This document shows positions 9,547 to 18,413 of a stretch of 64,000 nt of DNA, in pieces; within the stretch, counting starts at the first letter, position 1, and each line of letters starts with the position of its first letter. The stretch lies in NCBI GenBank assembly GCA_965237955.1, contig OZ250169.1, positions 6,944,001-7,008,000 on the forward strand. Reading direction: 5' to 3'. Below the pieces are notes generated by a model. The model worked only from the letters and a program-made list of their open reading frames with translations. It had not been told where the DNA came from and did not search any database. The position numbers and the translations under genes were made by a program. This DNA is from Candidatus Marinacidobacterales bacterium (GTDB taxonomy: Bacteria; Acidobacteriota; Vicinamibacteria; Marinacidobacterales; SMYC01).

Positions 9547-10761
9547 TCAATTCTCTGTCGCTGCCGTCGATCGGGCGAGTTTTCTGGACGGGTCGAGCCA
9601 AATCTCCGGGTTGACTGGGGTTCCTTCGACGCGAATCTCGAAATAAAGACGCGGGCCAGAGAGAGAGCCCGTGTCACCGACGAAGGCGACCGGATCGCCC
9701 CCACGCACCCACTCGCCGGGCTTCACGGTGTAGTCCGAGAGGTAGCCGTAGAGGCTGTGGACGTTCCCCGGGTGGCGCAGGATAAGGAGCTTCCCGTAGC
9801 CCTGGAACCACGACGCGTAGGCAACCTCGCCGTCGTAAATGGCGTTGATGATCGTGCCCTCCGACGCTTCGATCTCGATACCGTTACGCACGGTGACGGT
9901 CTTGAAACGGGGATGGAGCTGGGTCCCGAAGCGGCCTTCGAGCTCACCGGCAACGGGCCAGCCGATCTCTCCTTCGAAAACGCGCATGGGAAGGTGAATC
10001 GTGTCGAGCTCAGTCGTCTCACCTGCGACGAGCGTATCCACGAGCACCCCGAGCTTCTCGCGCGCTTCCTCGAGCTCGTAAACGAGCGTGCCCGCCATCT
10101 CCCGACGATTGCTTACTTCCTCGAGCAGCGTTCGGCGGCTCGCGCGTCGGCTCGCGAGCGTGCGCGTCGTCGCCTCGAGCTTTTGACGCGTGGCGAGCGT
10201 GCGCTCGGTTTGCTGGAGCAACGCCGCTTTCGTTTCTTGGAGGGCGGTTTGATCTTCGAGAAAGCGCGTCATCTTCTTCGCGTCTTCACGCGCGAGGCGC
10301 GAGATGTATCGGTAGGCGCGGGTCAGCTCGCTTGGCTGTTCGACCGACAGCAACATCCGCAGGTAGCCGACACGCCCGAGCTTGTAGAGGCTTACCGATC
10401 GGCCTTCGAGATACGGCCTGAGCTCAGCGATGGAGGCTTCGAGCGCTTGGATCCGTTTCAAGTTCTCGTCGATCTCCCGATAGCCGCGCTTCAATTGGAG
10501 TCCGAGGAGCTCGAGCTCGTCGCCGGAGACCCGAATTTGAATGTCGAGACGATGGAGCTCACCGAGAAGCGTCGTTTGTTTCGTGTCGAGCTTCGCTAGC
10601 TCGTCGTCGAGTGCCGCGAGCTTTTCGTTCAAGAGCTCGAGCTTCGCCTCTTCGTCGGCTAGTCGCAGCTCGACGTCGGGCGCCTCGGCGGACGCGATAA
10701 CCGCGCCCGCGAGTAAGGCGGACATGACGACCACGGCGAGGTTTTTGATCTTCAGTCTCAA
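9547..10761 (-). CDS. envC: EnvC-like murein hydrolase activator (coiled coil plus degenerate M23)
   Basis: Long coiled coil; WPVAG, RNGIEI, GYGKLLILRH, GDTGSLSGPRLYFEIR (EnvC-type loss of Zn ligands). Confidence 0.85.
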   Translation of the reverse strand: MRLKIKNLAVVVMSALLAGAVIASAEAPDVELRLADEEAKLELLNEKLAALDDELAKLDTKQTTLLGELHRLDIQIRVSGDELELLGLQLKRGYREIDENLKRIQALEASIAELRPYLEGRSVSLYKLGRVGYLRMLLSVEQPSELTRAYRYISRLAREDAKKMTRFLEDQTALQETKAALLQQTERTLATRQKLEATTRTLASRRASRRTLLEEVSNRREMAGTLVYELEEAREKLGVLVDTLVAGETTELDTIHLPMRVFEGEIGWPVAGELEGRFGTQLHPRFKTVTVRNGIEIEASEGTIINAIYDGEVAYASWFQGYGKLLILRHPGNVHSLYGYLSDYTVKPGEWVRGGDPVAFVGDTGSLSGPRLYFEIRVEGTPVNPEIWLDPSRKLARSTAATEN

Positions 10762-10831
10762 GGTATTCCTCAGCTTGTCGAGTCTAAGTGTCTTTCAGTA
10801 TAGGCAGTATAGGCAGTATGGGGCTGTCCGG

Positions 10832-11896
10832 TTACGTTTGCAAATTCTGTCCCGCGACTCGAATGCGAGCCTGCTGTCCAACTTTTCCCTCGATTTCGAC
10901 TTCGCGGCCGGTGAACGCTCGGATCAGGGCCGCTTGGCCGGGAGCGGCCGCCGGAAGTCGCGGGGTCGTGATCCGGGACTCCCCTTGTGCGAACGCGAGA
11001 AACAGGAGCAACGAGTCGACGAGAATCTCGGGGACGGCGGCGGGCTGGTTCGCGAAGCGCCGGAACGCCCAAGCGGCCTGCTCGCCGACCGACTCGGCCG
11101 ATTTGCCTCGCTCACTCACGGACGCAAACGTTATCGGGACCTCGCCGAAGAGTCCAGTAATGGCGACGACGCTTCCCGCGCCTCGAGCGCGAAGCTTCAG
11201 GAGCTGAACAATCGGCTCGAGCCCGGAAATATGGACGCCGGAGCGTGCGCGTGCCGCCTGACGCTCGCGGACGTGCGCGGGCACAGATGCACCCGCGGAA
11301 ACGATTTGGATGCTCTCGAGCTCTTCCCTGTCGACGAGAGCGAGCGGCCCCCACGCCACGTCGTCCTTGGACGCGAGCCGAGCCGAAACCTCACCGCCGC
11401 CGCGGGGAGCGAATCCCGCGCACTCGAGAGCGAAGCTCACCTCGATGCCGAGCTTCCCAAGAAAATAGCGAAACGTCGAGCCTACGACTTCGAACGTCTC
11501 GCCCCCGGGCGCATGGGTACTGCCGGCAAGAAGCAGGGCGGACTCTCCCCCCGCGTGCGCAAGCGGCATGAGCGCCGCGCGCACGAGCGGCAGCATGGGC
11601 CCATCGGCAGGCACTTCGAACCGATGCTCCCCGGAACGCATCGGCCCCGGTTCGAGCTCGACCGTGTCTTCGCCGACGTCTCCCCCCTCGACGCGCGCCC
11701 CACTGATTTGGGCAAAAAGGCGGACGCTCTCGGCGTCAAAACGAAGCAATCCTGGCGAGGTTGAGCCCGTGCGGCAGAATCCTTCCCATCGAAACGCCAG
11801 CCCGGTTGCGCACGAAAGTGCAAGCGCGGAGCGGAGCGCGGCACCGTGACTCTCGACACTCTCGATCGCGAGATCTCCCGCGCCGATAACAATCAT
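10832..11896 (-). CDS. RNA 3'-terminal phosphate cyclase-like protein, catalytic motifs degenerate
   Basis: LRSALALS, PGL, GSTH.P, GFAPRGGGEV, HV.ERQ, ERGKSAESVG; lacks the GEGGGQ motif and the adenylated His. Confidence 0.8.
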   Translation of the reverse strand: MIVIGAGDLAIESVESHGAALRSALALSCATGLAFRWEGFCRTGSTSPGLLRFDAESVRLFAQISGARVEGGDVGEDTVELEPGPMRSGEHRFEVPADGPMLPLVRAALMPLAHAGGESALLLAGSTHAPGGETFEVVGSTFRYFLGKLGIEVSFALECAGFAPRGGGEVSARLASKDDVAWGPLALVDREELESIQIVSAGASVPAHVRERQAARARSGVHISGLEPIVQLLKLRARGAGSVVAITGLFGEVPITFASVSERGKSAESVGEQAAWAFRRFANQPAAVPEILVDSLLLFLAFAQGESRITTPRLPAAAPGQAALIRAFTGREVEIEGKVGQQARIRVAGQNLQT

Positions 11897-11952
11897 GCGG
11901 TTTGACCGTTTTTCCGAGTGAAGTCTATACTCACACTAACTCTAATATAACT

Positions 11953-12369
11953 ATGCGTTTGATGGGACTCGACGTCGGTGACAAGCGGATTGGTATCGCC
12001 CTGTCTGACGAAGGTTTCGTGATCGCTTCCCCCAAGGAGACGCTCGAGCGCCACGGCAACCGCAAAGACATCGCGCACCTGCTCGATCTCGCCCAACGCG
12101 AGGATGTCTCCGAGATCCTCGTCGGCATGCCGTTGTCGTTGAACGGCTCCGAGGGACCCCAGGCACAAAAAGTCGGCCGGTTCATCGAAGCGCTGAGGGC
12201 AGAGACCGATATCCCCGTCACCACATGGGACGAGCGCCTGACGACGGTCAGCGCGGAGCGAGCGCTCCTCGAGGGCGACGTCTCCCGCGCGAAGCGCAAA
12301 AAAACGATCGATCGGGTCGCGGCCGCTCTCATCCTGCAGGGCTATCTGGATTCGAAACGGGAAAGCTAG
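11953..12369 (+). CDS. ruvX: YqgF/RuvX family pre-16S rRNA nuclease
   Basis: MRLMGLDVGDKRIGIALSD, VGMP, WDERLTT, IDRVAAALILQGYLD. Confidence 0.96.
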   Translation: MRLMGLDVGDKRIGIALSDEGFVIASPKETLERHGNRKDIAHLLDLAQREDVSEILVGMPLSLNGSEGPQAQKVGRFIEALRAETDIPVTTWDERLTTVSAERALLEGDVSRAKRKKTIDRVAAALILQGYLDSKRES

Positions 12370-12374
12370 CCTTC

Positions 12375-13427
12375 ATGCGTGTCGTCAAGGCTATCTTCGT
12401 GCTGCTCACGGTAGCAGCAGCACTTGCGGGCTTCGGCGCTTACCGCGCTTACGAGATGGCGCGCACCCCTTACAAAGGCTACGCCGAAGAGGAGGTCTTT
12501 TTCACCGTCGATCGCGGCGCCACCGGTAGCCGCATCGGTCGAGCCCTCGAAGACGAGGGCATCGTCGAAGACGAGCGTATGTTCGTCGCCTCGCTCCGCT
12601 TGCGCGGCGAGACCGGAAGCCTTCAGGCGGGTGAGTATCGGTTCGCCGAGCCGCTATCGACCCTCGACGTGGTGGAGCGCCTTGTCGAAGGCAACATCTA
12701 TACGTTTGCCGTCACCGTGCCGGAGGGTTTGACGCTCAGCGAGACGGCGGAACACCTCGCGGCCAAGGGGCTCGGCGAGGCGGTGGCACTCGAAGAAGTC
12801 TTTCAGGACGTGACGCTCATCGCCGATATCGATCGCGATGCGACGGACCTCGAGGGGTACCTCTTCCCTACGACGTATCAATTCACGCGGAACCCGTCAC
12901 CGCGTGAGGTCGCCCGGACGATGATCGCTCAGTTCGAAGAGATCTTCGACGACGACAAGCGCTCGAAGAGCGAGGAGTTGGGGTTGACGCCGCGGGAAGT
13001 GGTCACGCTCGCTTCGGTCATCGAGAAAGAGACCGGCGCCGCCGAAGAGCGGCCACTCATCGGCTCCGTCGTCTGGAATCGGCTCGAGCGCGGCATGCCG
13101 CTCGCGATGGATTCCACGGTCATCTACGCGTTGAAACGGGAGGGGCGCTATGACGGGAATTTACGTCGTGTCGATCTCGAGATGGACGACCCTTACAACA
13201 CGTATCGCGTCGCCGGCCCTCCGCCCGGTCCCATCGCGTCACCGGGCGAGGCATCGATCGATGCCGTGCTCGAGCCGGCTGACACGCGCTATCTCTACTT
13301 CGTTTCGAAAAACGACGGCTCGCATCATTTTTCGGCGACGTATCGCGAGCACGTAAACGCGGTTCGCAAGTACCAAGTCGAGTACTTTCGGAAGCGGCGC
13401 CGCCGCCGAAACGGCGCCGGTTCGTGA
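12375..13427 (+). CDS. mltG: Endolytic transglycosylase MltG
   Basis: N-terminal TM; LEGYLFPTTY, LASVIEKET, D.TVIYA, PYNTY...G.PPGPIASPG, YLYFV. Confidence 0.96.
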   Translation: MRVVKAIFVLLTVAAALAGFGAYRAYEMARTPYKGYAEEEVFFTVDRGATGSRIGRALEDEGIVEDERMFVASLRLRGETGSLQAGEYRFAEPLSTLDVVERLVEGNIYTFAVTVPEGLTLSETAEHLAAKGLGEAVALEEVFQDVTLIADIDRDATDLEGYLFPTTYQFTRNPSPREVARTMIAQFEEIFDDDKRSKSEELGLTPREVVTLASVIEKETGAAEERPLIGSVVWNRLERGMPLAMDSTVIYALKREGRYDGNLRRVDLEMDDPYNTYRVAGPPPGPIASPGEASIDAVLEPADTRYLYFVSKNDGSHHFSATYREHVNAVRKYQVEYFRKRRRRRNGAGS

Positions 13428-15514
13428 TACCGAGACGAGCCTGGTCGGCTTGTCTCCTGATTCTCGTCTACCTCGCGCTCACGGTCCTGTTCACCTATCC
13501 GCTCGCATGGCATTTCGGGACGCACCACGTCGGCGAAGCCGGCGGTGATGCGAAGGTATATCTGTGGAACTACTGGTGGGTAAAAAAGGCGCTCTTCGAG
13601 CTCGGCACGAGCCCGTTCGAGACCAATCTCATCTTCCACCCGATCGGCATCGGGTTGTCGCTCCATACTCTTTCCGCCGCACAAGGGGTCGTGTTCGCAC
13701 CGCTCAGCGAGGTGGCCGGCACGACGGCCGCCGCGAACTTGATCCTGGTGTGGACGTTTCTCGCATCCGCGCTCGCCACCTACGCGCTCGCCCGCAAGAT
13801 CGGCGCGAGCGTTGGCGGTGCTTTCCTCGCAGGACTCGTGTACGCGTTTTGTCCGTACCGATTGGCACGCTTATCGGGCCACTACGACCTCCTCGGGACG
13901 GAGTGGAACCCACTGTACGTTTTGTTGCTGGTAAGTCTCGTAGAGCGCTCGCGCTCGAGCGCAGGGCTCTCAGTGCTCGCGGGCGTCGTTCTCGCGGCGT
14001 GCGGCTATACCGCTTTGTCGTATCTCGCCTTCCTGGCGCTGTTCACGCTCGTTGTGCTCGTGTTCCACGGGTCGCGGTTCAAAGAGCTAGCCCCACGTTT
14101 TTTGGTGGTCGCCGGTGTCGTCGTCGTTTTGATGGCGCCCCTGCTGCTTCAAATGCGTCTCGATCTTTCCGAGTGGAGCTATCCGCCTTACCCGGGGGCG
14201 GACCGCTACGGCGCTGACGTCGCCGCGTTCGTCGTGCCGCCTCCTCAGAGCTCGCTCGTTCCCGGACACGCCTTCGGTGACAACCTCACCGAGGCAACGG
14301 TGTTTCCCGGCTACGTACTGCTCGTCCTCGCGGCGCTCGGGTGGCGCCAACGCTTGTGGGCAGTGACGGCTTGCGTCTTTTTCGTGCTCAGCCTCGGCAG
14401 CTCGCTTCATATAGGAGGCACGGATACCGGTGTCCCGCTTCCTTTCTGGCTCATCAGTCAGACGCCTCTGTTCGACAACTTGCGCGCGCCGTCTCGTTTC
14501 ACCATCGTCATGATGCTCGCGCTCGCGATGATGATGGCGCTTTCGTGGAAGCCGCGACGCCGTTTCATGACGGCGGTCGTTGCCTTGGTCATCATTGCCG
14601 AGTACCTCGCCACACCGATACCGCTCTTCCAAAACGAAGTCCACGACGTTTACGCTCGGATCGCTTCTGACCGATCGCAACTTCTACCTGCCGGGGCGGT
14701 CGTCGAGATACCGGGGATCGAGCAATCTCCGCCCGAGATCATGGACCACCAGCGCGTTCACGAAAAGCCGATCTTCGTGGGGACGGCGGCACGCGTGCCC
14801 GTCGAGAAGAGCGAGTACTGGCTCGGGCTACCGTTCGTGCGTCCTTTGATCGATCTGCGGAAAGGCCGGATCGAGCTTACGCCCGAGCTCGTCGAGCGCG
14901 AGCGAGCCACCGCGCCCGAAGTGGCCCGCTTTCTTGGTATCGGCTACTTCGTCATCGACAAGGCATACGCGAAACGCGGTGTAGTTCGCTTCGTTCGAGA
15001 CGTTCTGCCCGTCGATACCGCCTTCGAGGATGAGGACGTGATCTTGTTGCGCGCTCGCCAGGAGGAGCTTCCGCGAGATCCGGTGCGGATCGACGCCCGT
15101 GGCCCGGCGTCGCGGCAATACTTCGAGAGCGGGTGGTTGCGCCCCGAGCTCGAAGACGAAACTGGTTTTCGCTGGGCGCACCGCGAGCGCTCGACGATCC
15201 TGTTCCGGCGTCCTGAGTCGATGGAGGCCATCGAGCTGAGCGTCGCGCCGCTCGAGGGCGGCGCTCGGAGCGTCTCGGGAGCGCTCGATGGTCGACCTCT
15301 CGGGACGATCGAGCTGGCGTCGGGCTGGCAGGAGATTCGCTGGGCTTTACCACCTGGCCCACCCGGCCCCCCCGGAGCAGGAAGCGTCGAACGATTGACG
15401 CTACATTGGTCCGGGTTGGGCCGGGCGTCAGAGCGTGACCCCAGACGGCTCGCCGCCCGAATCCGGCATGTGCGGTTTGTTGAACATGTTGAACGGGGAA
15501 TCGTCGAGCGCTAA
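13424..15514 (+). CDS. Multi-pass membrane glycosyltransferase-like protein (GT-C/YfhO-like)
   Basis: TYPL..GD...YLWN.WW, AGLVYAFCPYR, LSLG, P.F..LRAPSRF, many TM helices, C-terminal soluble domain. Confidence 0.75.
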   Translation: MIPRRAWSACLLILVYLALTVLFTYPLAWHFGTHHVGEAGGDAKVYLWNYWWVKKALFELGTSPFETNLIFHPIGIGLSLHTLSAAQGVVFAPLSEVAGTTAAANLILVWTFLASALATYALARKIGASVGGAFLAGLVYAFCPYRLARLSGHYDLLGTEWNPLYVLLLVSLVERSRSSAGLSVLAGVVLAACGYTALSYLAFLALFTLVVLVFHGSRFKELAPRFLVVAGVVVVLMAPLLLQMRLDLSEWSYPPYPGADRYGADVAAFVVPPPQSSLVPGHAFGDNLTEATVFPGYVLLVLAALGWRQRLWAVTACVFFVLSLGSSLHIGGTDTGVPLPFWLISQTPLFDNLRAPSRFTIVMMLALAMMMALSWKPRRRFMTAVVALVIIAEYLATPIPLFQNEVHDVYARIASDRSQLLPAGAVVEIPGIEQSPPEIMDHQRVHEKPIFVGTAARVPVEKSEYWLGLPFVRPLIDLRKGRIELTPELVERERATAPEVARFLGIGYFVIDKAYAKRGVVRFVRDVLPVDTAFEDEDVILLRARQEELPRDPVRIDARGPASRQYFESGWLRPELEDETGFRWAHRERSTILFRRPESMEAIELSVAPLEGGARSVSGALDGRPLGTIELASGWQEIRWALPPGPPGPPGAGSVERLTLHWSGLGRASERDPRRLAARIRHVRFVEHVERGIVER

Positions 15515-15524
15515 CATCGAGGTG

Positions 15525-16304
15525 ATGTCGGCCAAGATTCTGCTCGCGCTACTGAGCTTGCTGGTCTTGCTGGTCGGGGCTCCCGTGAGCGCGCAAGACC
15601 CGAGCGCCGAGCTCCGTCGCCAGGTTCGGCGCGGTGCCTTCCAGGACGCCGAGACGCTTCTCGCGAACCAGGACGTCGACCCCAACGCTCAGGATGGGCG
15701 CGGATTCACCGCGCTGATGTTCGCAGCCGAAGGCGACGTTCCCGAGATCGTGACGCTTCTGATCAAAGCGGAAGTGGATCTAAATCTGCAGAACAACGAC
15801 GGCGAGACGGCACTGATCGTCGCGGTCAGACGGGGACGCGTGGCAGGGGCACGATTGCTGTTGATGGCGGGGGCCGACGTATCGATTCGAGATACAGAAG
15901 GCTTCGCCGCACTCGATTGGGCGCGCAAGCGCGGTCGAACCTACTTGGTACTGATCATCGGGATCGCCAGTCGTCCTAGCGTCGCCAACGTCATCCTCTC
16001 CGAGAAACCGGTGACGATGGCCACGGAGCATCTCGAGCCGCCGCGAGTCGTCGAAGACACGCCTCCACTCTATACGAAAGGCGCGTTCGATCGCGGTATC
16101 GAAGGACGCGTGATCTTGCGGGTCATCATCCGCAAGGACGGCTCCGTCGGCGCGATCCGGATCCACCAGAGCCTAGACGGAGACCTCGATCGCGCCGCGA
16201 TCGCCGCGGTGCAAATCTGGAAGTTCGAGCCCGCCACCATCGACGGCGATCCCATCAACGTTCTCGCCGACATCGAAGTGGACTTCCAGATTGAGAAGAT
16301 CTAG
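15525..16304 (+). CDS. Secreted ankyrin-repeat / TonB C-terminal domain fusion
   Basis: Signal peptide; ankyrin repeats (GFTALMFAA, GETALIVAV, GFAALDWA); TonB-C (PLYT..A....IEGRVILRVII..DG.V...LDRAAIAAV..WKFEPA). Confidence 0.85.
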   Translation: MSAKILLALLSLLVLLVGAPVSAQDPSAELRRQVRRGAFQDAETLLANQDVDPNAQDGRGFTALMFAAEGDVPEIVTLLIKAEVDLNLQNNDGETALIVAVRRGRVAGARLLLMAGADVSIRDTEGFAALDWARKRGRTYLVLIIGIASRPSVANVILSEKPVTMATEHLEPPRVVEDTPPLYTKGAFDRGIEGRVILRVIIRKDGSVGAIRIHQSLDGDLDRAAIAAVQIWKFEPATIDGDPINVLADIEVDFQIEKI

Positions 16305-16315
16305 TTTTCGGCTGA

Positions 16316-16957
16316 TCAAACCCCAATCAGATTTCTCACCAACTTCCGATAGCCCTTTTCCTTTGCCCACACATCCAGCGGAAGCGCTGCGATTTCGTCG
16401 ACGTCGAGTACCGCGTCGGGAGCTTTCGCCATCCGGATCACGTTGAGATATACGTGACATCCGTCGCATGCGCGCACTTCCAGGTGCTCGAGCTCGGGAG
16501 CGTGATAGTGGACGAGCTTGGCATCGCCGGTCTCGTGACAGGACGGACAGCGCGCTCTCGGGTAGCGCCACTCACCGAAACAAAGAGAGCACGAAAGCGT
16601 GAACGCTGTGCCATCGCCTTCGGGAACGAGACAACCGACTTGAGGTGCGTGAGAGCAGCGGGGGCAGTGCCCGGCGTTATCCTCGAGAGAATCGTTTACG
16701 AGTGCTGTTTCTGCCTGCAACAGCACTCGCCCGAAAAAGCTCTTGGGTGAGGACCGGTCTTGGCCGGACCGGTAGGCGTCGACGGCTTCGCGACACGCGT
16801 CCTCGTCGAGGTCACGGGCGAGCTCTCGCAGAAGGCCGGGTCCGCGCGCGATGACTAGATCGAGGAGCTTCTTGGAAGTTGCGTCCCTTTGAAAAAACGC
16901 AACCGCCCCATAGAAGGTGAGAGCTTCAGCGGATTCGGGAAAGCGATCCGCGAGCAC
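16316..16957 (-). CDS. fdhE: Formate dehydrogenase accessory protein FdhE (start uncertain; frame is open further upstream)
   Basis: CPRC, CSLC..EW, CPSC, CDGC..Y motifs; DEIAALPLDVWA; downstream of the fdn operon. Confidence 0.9.
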   Translation of the reverse strand: MLADRFPESAEALTFYGAVAFFQRDATSKKLLDLVIARGPGLLRELARDLDEDACREAVDAYRSGQDRSSPKSFFGRVLLQAETALVNDSLEDNAGHCPRCSHAPQVGCLVPEGDGTAFTLSCSLCFGEWRYPRARCPSCHETGDAKLVHYHAPELEHLEVRACDGCHVYLNVIRMAKAPDAVLDVDEIAALPLDVWAKEKGYRKLVRNLIGV

Positions 16958-17098
16958 GCGAGCGCGCTCCGCCCGCCGATCGCAAAGAGCCTCGAAGGCT
17001 CTTAATCTAGAAGACGTTGCTAGCCACTGTGAGAAGCGCCGGTCGGGAAACGGGGCCGCCCCGGGCCGCCATATGTCGCGGCCCGACGGAATCAGTCT

Positions 17099-17698
17099 TC
17101 AGGAGCCCGCCTCGGGTGTGGTACCGTTCAAGATGGCGACGATGTCCTCGCGGTCTCGGCCCTGGGCGATGCCCGTAGCATCGTGCCCGAAGAAATCCGT
17201 GGCGTTGACGTCGGCGCCTGCAGCCATGAGAGCGGTCACTGCTTCGATGTTGCCGCCAATGACAGCACGAATGAGGGGCGTCCAGCCCAAGCTGTCGGCG
17301 GCGTTGACGTCGGCCCCCGCCTCGATCAAGGCGGTGACGATATCGTCGTGGTCGAACTGGGCGGCGTACATGAGCGCCGTTGCACTTGGTCTGTCCGTGG
17401 CTTCCACGTCAGCTCCGGCTCCGATGAGGGCGGCGACGATGTTTTCCAAACCATGAATCGAGGCATAGATCAGGACCGGCGTGCCCTTCTTGGTCGTTTC
17501 GTTCGCGTCGGCGCCGTCGCCCAAAAGGCTACGGACTTCACGCGTCTTGCCGTCCTGGATTGCGATGAGAAGTGGGGACCGCGTGTCTTCCTGCTCGGCG
17601 GTTTCTTCCGGCTCAGCGGCTTCCTCCTGCACCAGTGCGGAGAACGGGATCACGATCATGAGACATGCTGCTAACAATAGAATCTTTGGGCTTCGCAA
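17099..17698 (-). CDS. Secreted ankyrin repeat protein
   Basis: AGGGAGG RBS; signal peptide; 4-5 ankyrin repeats (GTPVLIYAS, ATALMYAA, GWTPLIRAV, AGADVNA). Confidence 0.9.
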   Translation of the reverse strand: MRSPKILLLAACLMIVIPFSALVQEEAAEPEETAEQEDTRSPLLIAIQDGKTREVRSLLGDGADANETTKKGTPVLIYASIHGLENIVAALIGAGADVEATDRPSATALMYAAQFDHDDIVTALIEAGADVNAADSLGWTPLIRAVIGGNIEAVTALMAAGADVNATDFFGHDATGIAQGRDREDIVAILNGTTPEAGS

Positions 17699-17801
17699 AG
17701 CTATTTACCTCCCTTTGCGCAAAAATCGTCAGGGTCGTTCAAAGCGGGCCGTATGATGCCACAGACCGGCCCATTGGTCCAATTGGCCATCGGCCATCAG
17801 A

Positions 17802-18413
17802 TCAGCTCTTGGTGACGTCGCGATACCACTTCGGATGGTGGGAGCGAGCCCAGCCGGGTGGGACCCAGCCCTGGATCATGCCGCGGAAGGCACCCGGCAC
17901 CGCGGCGGTACCCATATAGATGTGGACGATGATGGATACTATCGAGAGGGTGGCGACGGCAGGATGAACGAGGATGGCCGCGAGGCGGAGAGTGCGGGGC
18001 ATGAGCTCGGGAAACCACAACACGGCGCCGCTCGCAAACAGAAAGACCGTCGCCGTCGATTGGACCCAGAACAACATTTTCTGGCCGGCGTTGAATCGCC
18101 CGGCCTCGGGGAGACCCTCTTCATCGTGCACGGCGTACTTGTGTGCGTTTTTGAGCCAGGTCTTGTCGTCCGCGTCGAGCTTCATGTCGCGCGCCCAGTT
18201 GCGGAACATGAAGCCGAGCACGACGGCGAAAAAGACGCCGCCCCACGGATGCCAGCGTCGGATGGTCTCACCGCCACCGAAGACACTGGACAACCAATAA
18301 AGATGTGGGGTCCATAAAGCGAGTCCGGTGAGTGTCGCGTAGAGAAAGCTCAGCGCCGCCATCCAGTGCGTCGCTCTCTCGGGAAACGAAAAGCGTTCGA
18401 GGCGCTCGGTCAC
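17802..18413 (-). CDS. fdnI: Formate dehydrogenase cytochrome b556 (gamma) subunit
   Basis: RFS..ERATHW, HPW.G, GRFNAGQK, HIYM, WARSHHPKW. Confidence 0.95.
   Translation of the reverse strand: MTERLERFSFPERATHWMAALSFLYATLTGLALWTPHLYWLSSVFGGGETIRRWHPWGGVFFAVVLGFMFRNWARDMKLDADDKTWLKNAHKYAVHDEEGLPEAGRFNAGQKMLFWVQSTATVFLFASGAVLWFPELMPRTLRLAAILVHPAVATLSIVSIIVHIYMGTAAVPGAFRGMIQGWVPPGWARSHHPKWYRDVTKS

Noticed and set aside
9547-9960. Missing Zn ligands in the M23 domain as a novelty
   Set aside because: This is the established state of EnvC-family activators
17062-17085. 8-bp GC hairpin after the ankyrin gene as an intrinsic terminator
   Set aside because: No adjacent U-tract on the coding strand; support too weak to call
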